Of a stretch of 48,467 nt of DNA, positions 26,535 to 34,758 are shown piece after piece. The DNA is from an uncultured Bacilli bacterium. Its GTDB lineage: Bacteria; Bacillota_I; Bacilli_A; RF39; UBA660. Positions within the stretch are counted from its first letter, which is position 1; each line of letters opens with the position of its first letter. The stretch is from contig CANRCI010000001.1 in the NCBI GenBank assembly GCA_947629075.1, positions 1 to 48,467 on the forward strand, in the 5' to 3' direction. The notes beneath the pieces were generated by a model that was not told the DNA's origin, ran no database searches, and was given only the letters and a program-made list of their open reading frames with translations. Position numbers and translations under genes: made by a program.

Positions 26535-27212
26535 ATGAAAATTAAAGATATACCTACTAGTGAAAGACCACGTGAACGATTATTACTTTTAGGAAAAGAG
26601 AGCTTATCCAATGAAGAATTGCTTTCGATTATTATCAAAACGGGAACTAGAGAAAAGTCGGTTAAAGATTTAGCTCTAGAAGTTCTAAAGAGTGTTGATG
26701 ATATTACTTTACTTAGTAATGTAACAATAAATAAATTATTGGAGATTAAGGGAATAGGTACTGCCAAAGCAATCGAGATTTTAGCAACTATTGAGTTGGG
26801 AAAGAGAATGAATGTCAAGAGGAAAAATACGAATAATTACAAAATTACAACTGCTTTAGATGTATATGAATTAGTACGAGATGAATTGATCGGTAGAACA
26901 CAAGAGTGTTTTCTAGTGATTTATTTAAATGCTAATAACCGAATTATTGAAAGGAAAATTTTATTTATGGGAACTATTAATAAGAGTATTGTCCATCCAC
27001 GAGAAATATTTAAAAATGCTTATCTAGTGTCAGCTTCTAGTATCATTTGTGTCCATAACCATCCGAGTGGTAATAAAAAGCCATCACGCGAAGATATCAA
27101 TCTTACTAAAGCTCTAGTAGAAATAGGTGAATTACAAGGGATACCCGTTTTAGATCACTTAATAGTTACTGAAGATGACTACTTTAGTTTTTTAGATAAT
27201 CATATGTTATAG
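26535..27212 (+). CDS. radC: RadC-family JAB-domain protein
   Basis: HhH region (IKGIGTAKAIEILA) and the JAMM motif HNHPSG. Confidence 0.9.
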   Translation: MKIKDIPTSERPRERLLLLGKESLSNEELLSIIIKTGTREKSVKDLALEVLKSVDDITLLSNVTINKLLEIKGIGTAKAIEILATIELGKRMNVKRKNTNNYKITTALDVYELVRDELIGRTQECFLVIYLNANNRIIERKILFMGTINKSIVHPREIFKNAYLVSASSIICVHNHPSGNKKPSREDINLTKALVEIGELQGIPVLDHLIVTEDDYFSFLDNHML

Positions 27213-27220
27213 GAGGAATA

Positions 27221-27946
27221 ATGAAAAAAATTGATATTAAATATAGAGTAATATTTGCGATTGGTTTCATTTCTCTTATAGTAATAGCTCTCTATTTGAC
27301 CTTTAACGTTGATAGTTTATATCTTTCTAAGGCAGTTAAAGAAATTGTCTATTTTCCGTTTAATGATTTAAATAATAGTATCGATGTAATTGGGGAAAAC
27401 TTGAATAACGAATTACTTTTAGAAAACGAAGAGTTAAAGAAAGAGATCGAACTGGATAAAAGTCTTTCTAATTTCGAAGTGATAGATGCAGTAGTAATCG
27501 CGCGTAATCCCTCTTATTGGTTAAATTCAATTACCATCAATAAGGGTAAAAAAGATGGTTTAAAAGAAGGAATGGCTTGTGTTGTGAGCGAAGGTTTAAT
27601 TGGGAGTATCTCATCAGTTACCATCGATACCGCAACGGTTAGACTTTTGAGTAGTATCGATAATGAAAATAAGTTATCAGTGGTCGTCGGAAAGTACAAT
27701 AAAGTTTTAGAAGTTAGCGAAAACAATTTAGTAATCAGAGGAATTTTAAAGAATGAAGAAATTAAAAATGGTGATGTTGTAAAGACGAGTGGTCTTAGTA
27801 ATCTCTTTCCGAGTGGCATTGCGATTGGAAAAGTTGTTGCTTTGAGTAACGATAATTACGATAGTAGTCTAATTGCTAGGATAGAACTTTTTGCTGATAT
27901 AAATAACCTTAAATTTGTCAGTGTTTTAAAGCGTGATCTATCATGA
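27221..27946 (+). CDS. mreC: Rod shape-determining protein MreC
   Basis: N-terminal TM, coiled-coil LENEELKKEIE, and beta-barrel region GLIGSISSV..ATVRLL. Synteny with mreD. Confidence 0.8.
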   Translation: MKKIDIKYRVIFAIGFISLIVIALYLTFNVDSLYLSKAVKEIVYFPFNDLNNSIDVIGENLNNELLLENEELKKEIELDKSLSNFEVIDAVVIARNPSYWLNSITINKGKKDGLKEGMACVVSEGLIGSISSVTIDTATVRLLSSIDNENKLSVVVGKYNKVLEVSENNLVIRGILKNEEIKNGDVVKTSGLSNLFPSGIAIGKVVALSNDNYDSSLIARIELFADINNLKFVSVLKRDLS

Positions 27947-28413
27947 TATTGATTGCTTTTTTAGGTCTTGTTTTAGATTTAGTAATTATTTATATCAGTG
28001 GTTATACTCTAGGTGATATCTCATATTTATATCCGATGCTTACTCTAAGTAGTATTGTCATCTTAAGTACCAAGTTGAAACCCAAAACTTTTCTTTATAC
28101 CGTTCTTCTAATCGGTGTAATCGTTGGAACTATCTTCTTTGACAATGCTCTAATGGGACTAGTCATCTACGTCGTCATTTACTATTTCCTATTTCTATAC
28201 AATAAATTAGTCAGTAGTAGTATTTTATCTTTTCTCGTCAAATTAGCAATAACTATCTTTTTATACGATATGACTAGTTATTTTATATTAGTATTATTCG
28301 ACCATTTATATTTTAATCTCTCTTACTTGTTCTATAAATTTATCAGGAGTTTAATTTTAAATATTTTTTATGGAATAATTTTATATTTAGTTCTAAACGA
28401 GGATAAGCCTTAA
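27943..28413 (+). CDS. mreD: Rod shape-determining protein MreD
   Basis: 156-aa polytopic membrane protein translationally coupled to mreC. Confidence 0.6.
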   Translation: MILIAFLGLVLDLVIIYISGYTLGDISYLYPMLTLSSIVILSTKLKPKTFLYTVLLIGVIVGTIFFDNALMGLVIYVVIYYFLFLYNKLVSSSILSFLVKLAITIFLYDMTSYFILVLFDHLYFNLSYLFYKFIRSLILNIFYGIILYLVLNEDKP

Positions 28414-28437
28414 TAATCTATACTAGAGGTGAATGGT

Positions 28438-29016
28438 ATGGAGAGTAAGTTTTTGAATCAGAAGAAAAACGCTAAGAAAAAGCCTAGTTTTATAGTGAGA
28501 TTATTTACTAAAGTATTGATCTGTCTGATCATCTTTTTGAGCTTTTTAATCGTCGTTAAAGCTAATCCTAAACTAAAGAATAAAATTAATGACATTTTAT
28601 ACACTAATAATATATCTTTTGCTAGTTTTAATAATTGGTATAAGAAAAACTTTGGGAATATTATCCCTTTAGATAGTAATGTTGTCAAAGAAGAAGCAGT
28701 GTTTAACGAAAAGCTTTCCTATAGCAAATCATCGACTTATAAAGATGGGGTAAAGCTTACTGTCGGTAGTAATTATTTAGTTCCCATTTTAGAGAGTGGA
28801 GTAGTTGTCTTTAAAGGAGAAAAAGAAGGATATGGCAATGTCGTCATTGTCCAACAAATAAATGGGGTTGATACTTGGTATGGCAATGTCAGTACTTCAT
28901 ACGAATTGTACGATTATATAGAAAAAGGGGAATTGTTGGGTGAAGCTAATGGAGAGGAGATATATTTAGTTTTTCAGAAAGATGGAAAAGTTCAAAATTA
29001 TAAAGAATATATCTAA
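28438..29016 (+). CDS. spoIVFA: SpoIVFA-like protein with a degenerate LytM/M23 domain
   Basis: TM anchor, then GVVVFKGEKEGYGNVVIVQQ..GVDTWYGN..GELLGEA without intact metal ligands. Lies directly upstream of spoIVFB. Confidence 0.55.
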   Translation: MESKFLNQKKNAKKKPSFIVRLFTKVLICLIIFLSFLIVVKANPKLKNKINDILYTNNISFASFNNWYKKNFGNIIPLDSNVVKEEAVFNEKLSYSKSSTYKDGVKLTVGSNYLVPILESGVVVFKGEKEGYGNVVIVQQINGVDTWYGNVSTSYELYDYIEKGELLGEANGEEIYLVFQKDGKVQNYKEYI

Positions 29017-29752
29017 AAGAATAGAAATTAGTTCTTTCTTTTTTTTCTTTGCTCTAATCAGTTGCTTTTCAGCTTTTATCAAGAACTTTCTTTTTTTTAC
29101 CAGTATCATTTTAATTCACGAACTAGGACATTTTTTAACGGGAATAATTTTGGGATGGAAGCCAGATAAGATATATATTTATCCCTTTGGTGGAGTAACT
29201 AAATTTGATGATGATTTAAATAAACCCATCAGAGAAGAGTTACTCATTTTAGTAGCGGGTCCAACTGTGCAGATACTTTTTTATTTAATAATTAGAAATT
29301 TTCTATCTCTTCACGACTTACGTATATTTTATAACTATCATCTCTCAATTCTTCTTTTTAATCTTTTACCAATTTATCCACTAGATGGTGGAAAACTGAT
29401 GAAGTTATTATTCGAGACTTTTATATCGGTAAGAAAAAGTTTTTCATTAGTAATATTTATATCTCTTATTTTTGATGTGTCGATAATTATCTTTCTTCTA
29501 AAGAAGTTTCCCCTAAATATAATTTTAATGTTTATTTTTTTATTGTCCAAAATAATTAGAGAATATCGCAATCGGGATTATTACTTCAATAAGTTTATTT
29601 TAGAGCGATACATAAATAGTTATCATTTTAGTAGGGTAAAAGTAATTTCATCGATAAAAAAAATGATGCGCGGATATCGTCACATCATTAAGATTGATAA
29701 TAATTATTGGACTGAAAAACAGTATTTATACAGATTATATAAGCGGAAGTGA
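28982..29752 (+). CDS. spoIVFB: Site-2 (M50) intramembrane metalloprotease SpoIVFB-like
   Basis: HELGH in a TM helix and NLLPIYPLDGGKLM (the LDG motif). Confidence 0.8.
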   Translation: MEKFKIIKNISKRIEISSFFFFFALISCFSAFIKNFLFFTSIILIHELGHFLTGIILGWKPDKIYIYPFGGVTKFDDDLNKPIREELLILVAGPTVQILFYLIIRNFLSLHDLRIFYNYHLSILLFNLLPIYPLDGGKLMKLLFETFISVRKSFSLVIFISLIFDVSIIIFLLKKFPLNIILMFIFLLSKIIREYRNRDYYFNKFILERYINSYHFSRVKVISSIKKMMRGYRHIIKIDNNYWTEKQYLYRLYKRK

Positions 29753-30382
29753 AGTTTGGCTTTTTTCTTTTTCCAATTCTTTTAATAATTTTTTCTTATC
29801 GATTTTTTTGACATATTTTAAGTAGCATTCACCACATAGAGGGACGTATTCAACTTTTGAGTTTGCTCCATCGATTAGATTTTGTTCACCGGCTAAAGTA
29901 TATTTACCATCAACTTTACGAGCATTGAAACGAGCTTTTTTGCCACAGGTACAGATAGTTTCCAATTCTTTTAGTTGATCACATAATTCGATCAATCTAA
30001 TCGATCCTTTAAAACTGTTAGTTTGAAAATCACTTTTTAGGCCGAAGCATATGACAGGAATATCTAATATTTTGGCAATATACCAAAGTTCTTCTACCTG
30101 TTTGGGAGATATAAACTGTACTTCATCAACTAAGATACAATTAGAATTGATGATTAGGTCTCTATATTTTTTATTTAAAATCGATTCTTCTTCATCGACG
30201 ACGATATCAACTTTTCTTTTAGGACCGATACGCGATACTAGATAGTCATCACCTTTAGTGTCGATTTTCGATTTCAAAACAGTGACTTTTCGTCCGTTTT
30301 CTTCATAGTTGTAAGCCATTTGTAAAAGCATCATGCTCTTTCCGGAGTTCATCGCACCGTATCTAAATTCCAATTTTGCCAT
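29735..30382 (-). CDS. tdk: Thymidine kinase
   Basis: GAMNSGKS P-loop, VDEVQF, and zinc ribbon CTCGKKA / CGEC. Confidence 0.9.
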   Translation of the reverse strand: MAKLEFRYGAMNSGKSMMLLQMAYNYEENGRKVTVLKSKIDTKGDDYLVSRIGPKRKVDIVVDEEESILNKKYRDLIINSNCILVDEVQFISPKQVEELWYIAKILDIPVICFGLKSDFQTNSFKGSIRLIELCDQLKELETICTCGKKARFNARKVDGKYTLAGEQNLIDGANSKVEYVPLCGECYLKYVKKIDKKKLLKELEKEKSQTSLPLI

Positions 30383-30488
30383 AATATCACATCCTTTATT
30401 TAATTATAAAATTTAATATTTTTCTTTGTCAAAAACAATTATAAAATTTGACATATAATATATTGATTCTGTCAATAGGAGGTTTTTG

Positions 30489-31892
30489 ATGAAGAACATT
30501 AGAGATATTTATGATATCGGTTACGATTTGTATGTCAAAGATATAAAGATCAATTCTAAAGAAGTCGAGGATGGCGATTTGTTCGTCTGCGTTAAGGGAG
30601 TCAATGAAGATCGGCATAATTACATAAATGAAGCTTTGAACAATGGAGCAAAGTTTGTAGTTTGTTCTAAAGAAATAAACGATGAAATACCTCATGTTAA
30701 GGTTCCAGATACCAATTTAGAACTAGCTGTTTTATCTAAAAAGTTTTACGATTATCGAGATAGTTTAAAGATAATTGGTGTCACCGGAACCGATGGAAAA
30801 ACGACCACTAGTACTTTGATCCGTACCATGCTTACCAGTGATAAATGTGCTTATATCGGAACCAATGGCATTAGTGGGAAAAATTTTGAAATCAGTAGTT
30901 CCAATACTACTCCGGAAATAAATGTTTTATATAAATATTTTAAAAAGTTTGAAGATGAAAATTTGGAGTTTGTTGCGATGGAAGCTTCGAGTGAGGCTTT
31001 CTTTAGAAATCGTCTGAACGGAATAAAGTTTGATATTGGAATCTTAACCAACATAACTAGAGATCATTTAAATGTTCACAAAACTTTGAGCAATTATATT
31101 GATTGTAAGTGTGAGTTGTTTAGAAATATTAAAAAAGATGGGGTAGCCATATTAAATCGTGATGACACTTATTTCGATAAAGTGCGTGAAAACTGTAGTT
31201 GCCGTGTTTTAACTTATGGCAAGGGAATGGATAATGATTTAGTAATCAAAGAGATAGTTCCTAATATCGATTCAACTTCTACTACTTATCTGATTGACAA
31301 TTCTGAATATACTGTAAATATTCCACTACTGGGTGAATTTAATGCTTATAATTTAGCTGGAGCTATTCTTACTTTATTTGCTCTAGGTATGCCAATCGAA
31401 GAAGTCTTTAAAAGAGTTGAAAACATCGAACGAGTAGCAGGTAGGATGAATATCTTTAAAAAAGATAATACTTTAATAGTTTTGGATTATGCTCATACCC
31501 CAAATGCTTTGAAGGTGGTTTTAAAATATTTAAACCGCGTCAAAAAGAAAAGAATAATTACGGTAGTCGGTAGTGCTGGTGGTAGAGAGCATGAAAAAAG
31601 ACCTTTGATGGGTGAAGTCTGTCAAAAATTATCCGATTTAGTAATTTATACTAAAGATGATCCTAGGTATGAAGATCCAAAAGAGATAATTGCCGAGATG
31701 ATCGATTATAGTAAAGATAATTATTTTATCGAAGTAGATCGTGAAAAAGCAATCGTCAAAGCTTTGGAGTTATCGAGTGATGGTGACATAATCCTAGTAG
31801 CTGGTAAGGGTATCGATAAATACATGTTGGAAAATGGTGAAGAAAAAGAGTATTCCGATTACGAATTTTTAAAGAAATTAACTGATAAATAG
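30489..31892 (+). CDS. murE: UDP-MurNAc-L-Ala-D-Glu : diamino acid ligase MurE
   Basis: GVTGTDGKTTT, EASSE and DYAHTP motifs. The site is DDPR where mDAP-type enzymes have DNPR, so amino-acid specificity is left unassigned. Confidence 0.85.
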   Translation: MKNIRDIYDIGYDLYVKDIKINSKEVEDGDLFVCVKGVNEDRHNYINEALNNGAKFVVCSKEINDEIPHVKVPDTNLELAVLSKKFYDYRDSLKIIGVTGTDGKTTTSTLIRTMLTSDKCAYIGTNGISGKNFEISSSNTTPEINVLYKYFKKFEDENLEFVAMEASSEAFFRNRLNGIKFDIGILTNITRDHLNVHKTLSNYIDCKCELFRNIKKDGVAILNRDDTYFDKVRENCSCRVLTYGKGMDNDLVIKEIVPNIDSTSTTYLIDNSEYTVNIPLLGEFNAYNLAGAILTLFALGMPIEEVFKRVENIERVAGRMNIFKKDNTLIVLDYAHTPNALKVVLKYLNRVKKKRIITVVGSAGGREHEKRPLMGEVCQKLSDLVIYTKDDPRYEDPKEIIAEMIDYSKDNYFIEVDREKAIVKALELSSDGDIILVAGKGIDKYMLENGEEKEYSDYEFLKKLTDK

Positions 31893-31945
31893 AATAAAAT
31901 CCATTTTTATGTTATACTTGGTATATGTAAAATATGGAGGATGAA

Positions 31946-32437
31946 ATGAAAAAATTATTAATTGTCTTTGTCTGTCTGTTGTGTTTAGTTGGATGTAATA
32001 AGAAAAATGATGTCGATAAAGAAAAAGTCAGCTCTGATAGTTATGTTTTTGTCGTTGATGGGGTTGATTTAAAAGTAGGAACTAATTATTTAGATGTCAA
32101 AGATAAGTTACCAAATGACTATGTAGATAAATTGGTAGATAGTCTCGATAGTGAAACAGAGAAAGAGACTCTTTATACCTTTAACGATTACGAAATTTAT
32201 ACGTCTAAAGAAGAATCTAAAGAGATAATTGATCGTATCGTTTTATCAGATGAAAATGTTACGACCAAAGAAGGAGTAAAAGTAGGTGATAACCTTCAAA
32301 AAGTTGTAGCTGAGTACGGGGATAAATATCGTACGAACAGTAATGCCTATACCTATGTTAAAGGTCGAGTTATGCTTACTTTTTTCGTAGATAATGATGA
32401 AGTAGTAAGTATTGAATATCAAATTGTAAACGATTAG
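31946..32437 (+). CDS. Lipoprotein, function unknown
   Basis: Lipobox LVGC. GGAGG lies 5 nt before ATG31946. Confidence 0.55.
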   Translation: MKKLLIVFVCLLCLVGCNKKNDVDKEKVSSDSYVFVVDGVDLKVGTNYLDVKDKLPNDYVDKLVDSLDSETEKETLYTFNDYEIYTSKEESKEIIDRIVLSDENVTTKEGVKVGDNLQKVVAEYGDKYRTNSNAYTYVKGRVMLTFFVDNDEVVSIEYQIVND

Positions 32438-32497
32438 AAAAAGTCTATTTTTGTCGAATATTTGTTGTTAAAAACATATAATCTATTAGGTGATGAT

Positions 32498-33202
32498 ATG
32501 TTTTTTCAAATGATAGAATTTTTAAAAAGTCTATTTTTATTTACGGGGTCTTATTCCAATAACGTTTTTCCGGAGCCACTATCTAGCGAAGAAGAGGAAG
32601 AAGCTATTATGAAAATGCGTTTAGGGGATAAGGAAGCTCGTAATAAATTGATTGAACACAATTTGCGATTGGTTGCGCACATCGTCAAGAAGTTCGACGC
32701 TAAAAACAAGATGCGTGATCAAGATGATTTGATCAGTATCGGAACAATTGGCTTGATAAAAGGAATTGATTCCTATTCTAAAGGTCATGGCACTAAAATA
32801 ACAACTTACTGTGCTCGCTGTATCGAAAACGAAATTCTCATGTTCTTCCGCAGCAATAATAAAAACGAAAAAAATATATCCCTAAACGAATCGATCGGTT
32901 TTGATAAAGAAGGAAATGAGATTACAATCATGGACGTCTTAAAACTTCCTTCACCAGATTATATCGAAGATATTCAGACTAAAGATAATATCAAACTGTT
33001 AAAGGATTACATGAACGTTTTAACTCCTAGAGAAAAAGAAATTATTACGAGAAGATATGGCCTTAACAACCGCGAAGAAGAAACTCAGAAAAAGATTTCT
33101 AAAGAGCTTAAAATATCGCGTAGTTACGTCTCGAGAATTGAAAAACGAGCACTTACTAAGATTTTACGAGAATATATAAAAAACAATAATATTAACCATT
33201 AA
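32498..33202 (+). CDS. sigK: Sporulation sigma factor, pro-sigma-K type, uninterrupted
   Basis: Pro-sequence ..FLFTGSYSNNVFPEPLS, then LIEHNLRLVAHIVKKF, ISIGTIGLIKGIDSY, ARCIENEILM and ISRSYVSRIEKRAL; a very close parallel to SigK. Confidence 0.85.
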   Translation: MFFQMIEFLKSLFLFTGSYSNNVFPEPLSSEEEEEAIMKMRLGDKEARNKLIEHNLRLVAHIVKKFDAKNKMRDQDDLISIGTIGLIKGIDSYSKGHGTKITTYCARCIENEILMFFRSNNKNEKNISLNESIGFDKEGNEITIMDVLKLPSPDYIEDIQTKDNIKLLKDYMNVLTPREKEIITRRYGLNNREEETQKKISKELKISRSYVSRIEKRALTKILREYIKNNNINH

Positions 33203-33318
33203 TTCAAATAATAAAAAATAATTTTATGTAAATAATAAATTGTATGAATAATACAGTTTTTTTATTGGACTTTTATCACTAAAGTAATTATAATAAAGAT
33301 AGAAATAGGTGAGTAGTA

Positions 33319-34749
33319 ATGAATAGTTGGTTTGATCGTTTTAAAGATTTCTTCAAAAACAAATATGTTCTTATATCATTTATTGTCTTAGTATTGTCTT
33401 TTTTTCTTGTATTTTTAGTATATGTAGTGTTTGTTCCTAAAATTATTATTAACGGTAAAGAAAAAGTTGTGTTGCAGTATAATGACAAGTATAGTGAAAA
33501 TGGAGCTTATGTACTAGGTGATGATGATGGGGTTGAAATAGAGGGTAAGGTCGATACTAGTAAGATTGGTGAGTACGAGGTTGTATATAAATATAAAAAG
33601 TTTGGTATTACTTTTACTAAAAAGAGAATTGTCGAGGTCAAAGATGAAAAAGGACCGGATTTAGTTTTAACGGGTGAAGATGAAGTTAATGTCTGCCCTA
33701 ATAGGGATTACGAAGAAGAGGGTTACAAATCAGTTGATGAGTATGATGGCGACATTACTGATCAAGTGGTAGTAAATAGAGAAGATGACCAAATAACTTA
33801 TATCTCTACTGACAAGAGTGGTAATAAGACGACAGTCTTTAGAAAAATAGTTAAAGAAGATAATGTTAAGCCGGTTATAACCCTTAAGGGAAATAGTGTC
33901 ATGTACGTTGTTGTCGGTAGTAAATTTACTGATCCATCTGTCAAAGTAGTCGATAATTGTGATAGCAATTTGGAAGAGAAGGTCGTAACTGAAGGAAATG
34001 TTGACATTAATAAAGTTGGAAAGTATACTATTAAATATAAGGTAATTGATAGTAGTAACAACACATCAGAAGTAACTAGAGTTGTCAATGTCGTGAATAA
34101 AAATACGACCAATTCTAGTAGAGGAATACCTGGTGTTATCTATTTGACATTTGATGATGGACCTAATAGTGGAACGACTAATGTCATTTTGGATATCTTA
34201 AAAGAAGAAGGAGTAAAAGCTACTTTCTTTGTAACGATGCGAGGACCTGATTCTTTGATTAAAAGGGAATTTGATGAAGGTCATACAGTTGCATTACATA
34301 CGGCATCGCACAATTATAAGACGGTTTATACATCAGTTGATGGATATTTCAAAGACTTGAATAAAGTATCTAATCGTGTGGAAAAGATCACAGGAGTTAA
34401 ATCTATGATAATTAGATTCCCTGGAGGAAGTAGTAACACAGTAAGTAGACATTATAATATTGGAATAATGACGACACTTACGAGCGAGGTACTAAATCGT
34501 GGTTATCGTTATTACGATTGGAACATTTCATCTGGTGATGCTGGTGAAACCAAAAACAAAGATAAAGTATACGCCAACGTTGTTAACAATTTAAGTAAGA
34601 AACGTGCTAATGTGGTGTTAATGCACGATATAAAACCTTATACTCGAGATGCTCTTCGCAAAATAATTAAGTATGGTAAAGAAAATGGTTATACTTTTGA
34701 ACGCATTACGATGGATACACCTATGGTAACTCAAAGAGTTAATAATTAG
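33319..34749 (+). CDS. Membrane-anchored polysaccharide deacetylase (NodB domain) with two Ig-like (DUF5011-type) repeats
   Basis: TM anchor; two repeats ending ..GKYTIKYKVIDSSNN..; NodB motifs LTFDDGP, HTASH and RFPGG. Confidence 0.8.
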   Translation: MNSWFDRFKDFFKNKYVLISFIVLVLSFFLVFLVYVVFVPKIIINGKEKVVLQYNDKYSENGAYVLGDDDGVEIEGKVDTSKIGEYEVVYKYKKFGITFTKKRIVEVKDEKGPDLVLTGEDEVNVCPNRDYEEEGYKSVDEYDGDITDQVVVNREDDQITYISTDKSGNKTTVFRKIVKEDNVKPVITLKGNSVMYVVVGSKFTDPSVKVVDNCDSNLEEKVVTEGNVDINKVGKYTIKYKVIDSSNNTSEVTRVVNVVNKNTTNSSRGIPGVIYLTFDDGPNSGTTNVILDILKEEGVKATFFVTMRGPDSLIKREFDEGHTVALHTASHNYKTVYTSVDGYFKDLNKVSNRVEKITGVKSMIIRFPGGSSNTVSRHYNIGIMTTLTSEVLNRGYRYYDWNISSGDAGETKNKDKVYANVVNNLSKKRANVVLMHDIKPYTRDALRKIIKYGKENGYTFERITMDTPMVTQRVNN

Positions 34750-34758
34750 GAGGATTTT

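Noticed and set aside
26504-26818. Minus-strand ORFs opposite radC (26504-26818), mreC (27514-27819), the SpoIVFA-like gene (28458-28688), spoIVFB (29374-29571), the deacetylase (33798-34112), tadZ (44509-44856), cpaF (45455-45742, 46223-46486), tadC (47699-48001) and others.
   Set aside because: All are antisense shadows within genes that have clear family motifs. This is typical of AT-rich genomes, where stop codons are depleted opposite coding frames.
29039-29046. T8 runs inside the spoIVFB coding sequence (also near 29091-29100) as possible frameshift switches.
   Set aside because: The frame is intact. The runs encode Phe-rich membrane helices and are expected in AT-rich membrane-protein genes. 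There is no evidence of a disrupted frame.
29735-29752. 18-nt convergent overlap of the spoIVFB and tdk 3' ends as a possible regulatory antisense arrangement.
   Set aside because: Short convergent overlaps are common in compact genomes. There is no additional structure in the overlap, so I list it only as an annotation detail.
30429-30695. 88-aa minus-strand ORF spanning the tdk-murE intergenic region and the murE 5' end.
   Set aside because: It overlaps the murE start and SD, has no motif, and would run through the divergent promoter region.
32438-32497. A sigma-E or sigma-K type promoter upstream of sigK (GAATATT .. CATATAAT).
   Set aside because: The spacing between the ATA and CATA elements is only ~14 nt and no AC lies at the right distance. 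I could not fit either consensus convincingly, so no feature is called.
33288-33488. 66-aa minus-strand ORF overlapping the start of the deacetylase gene.
   Set aside because: It is antisense to the TM-anchor coding region and is not supported by an SD or any motif.
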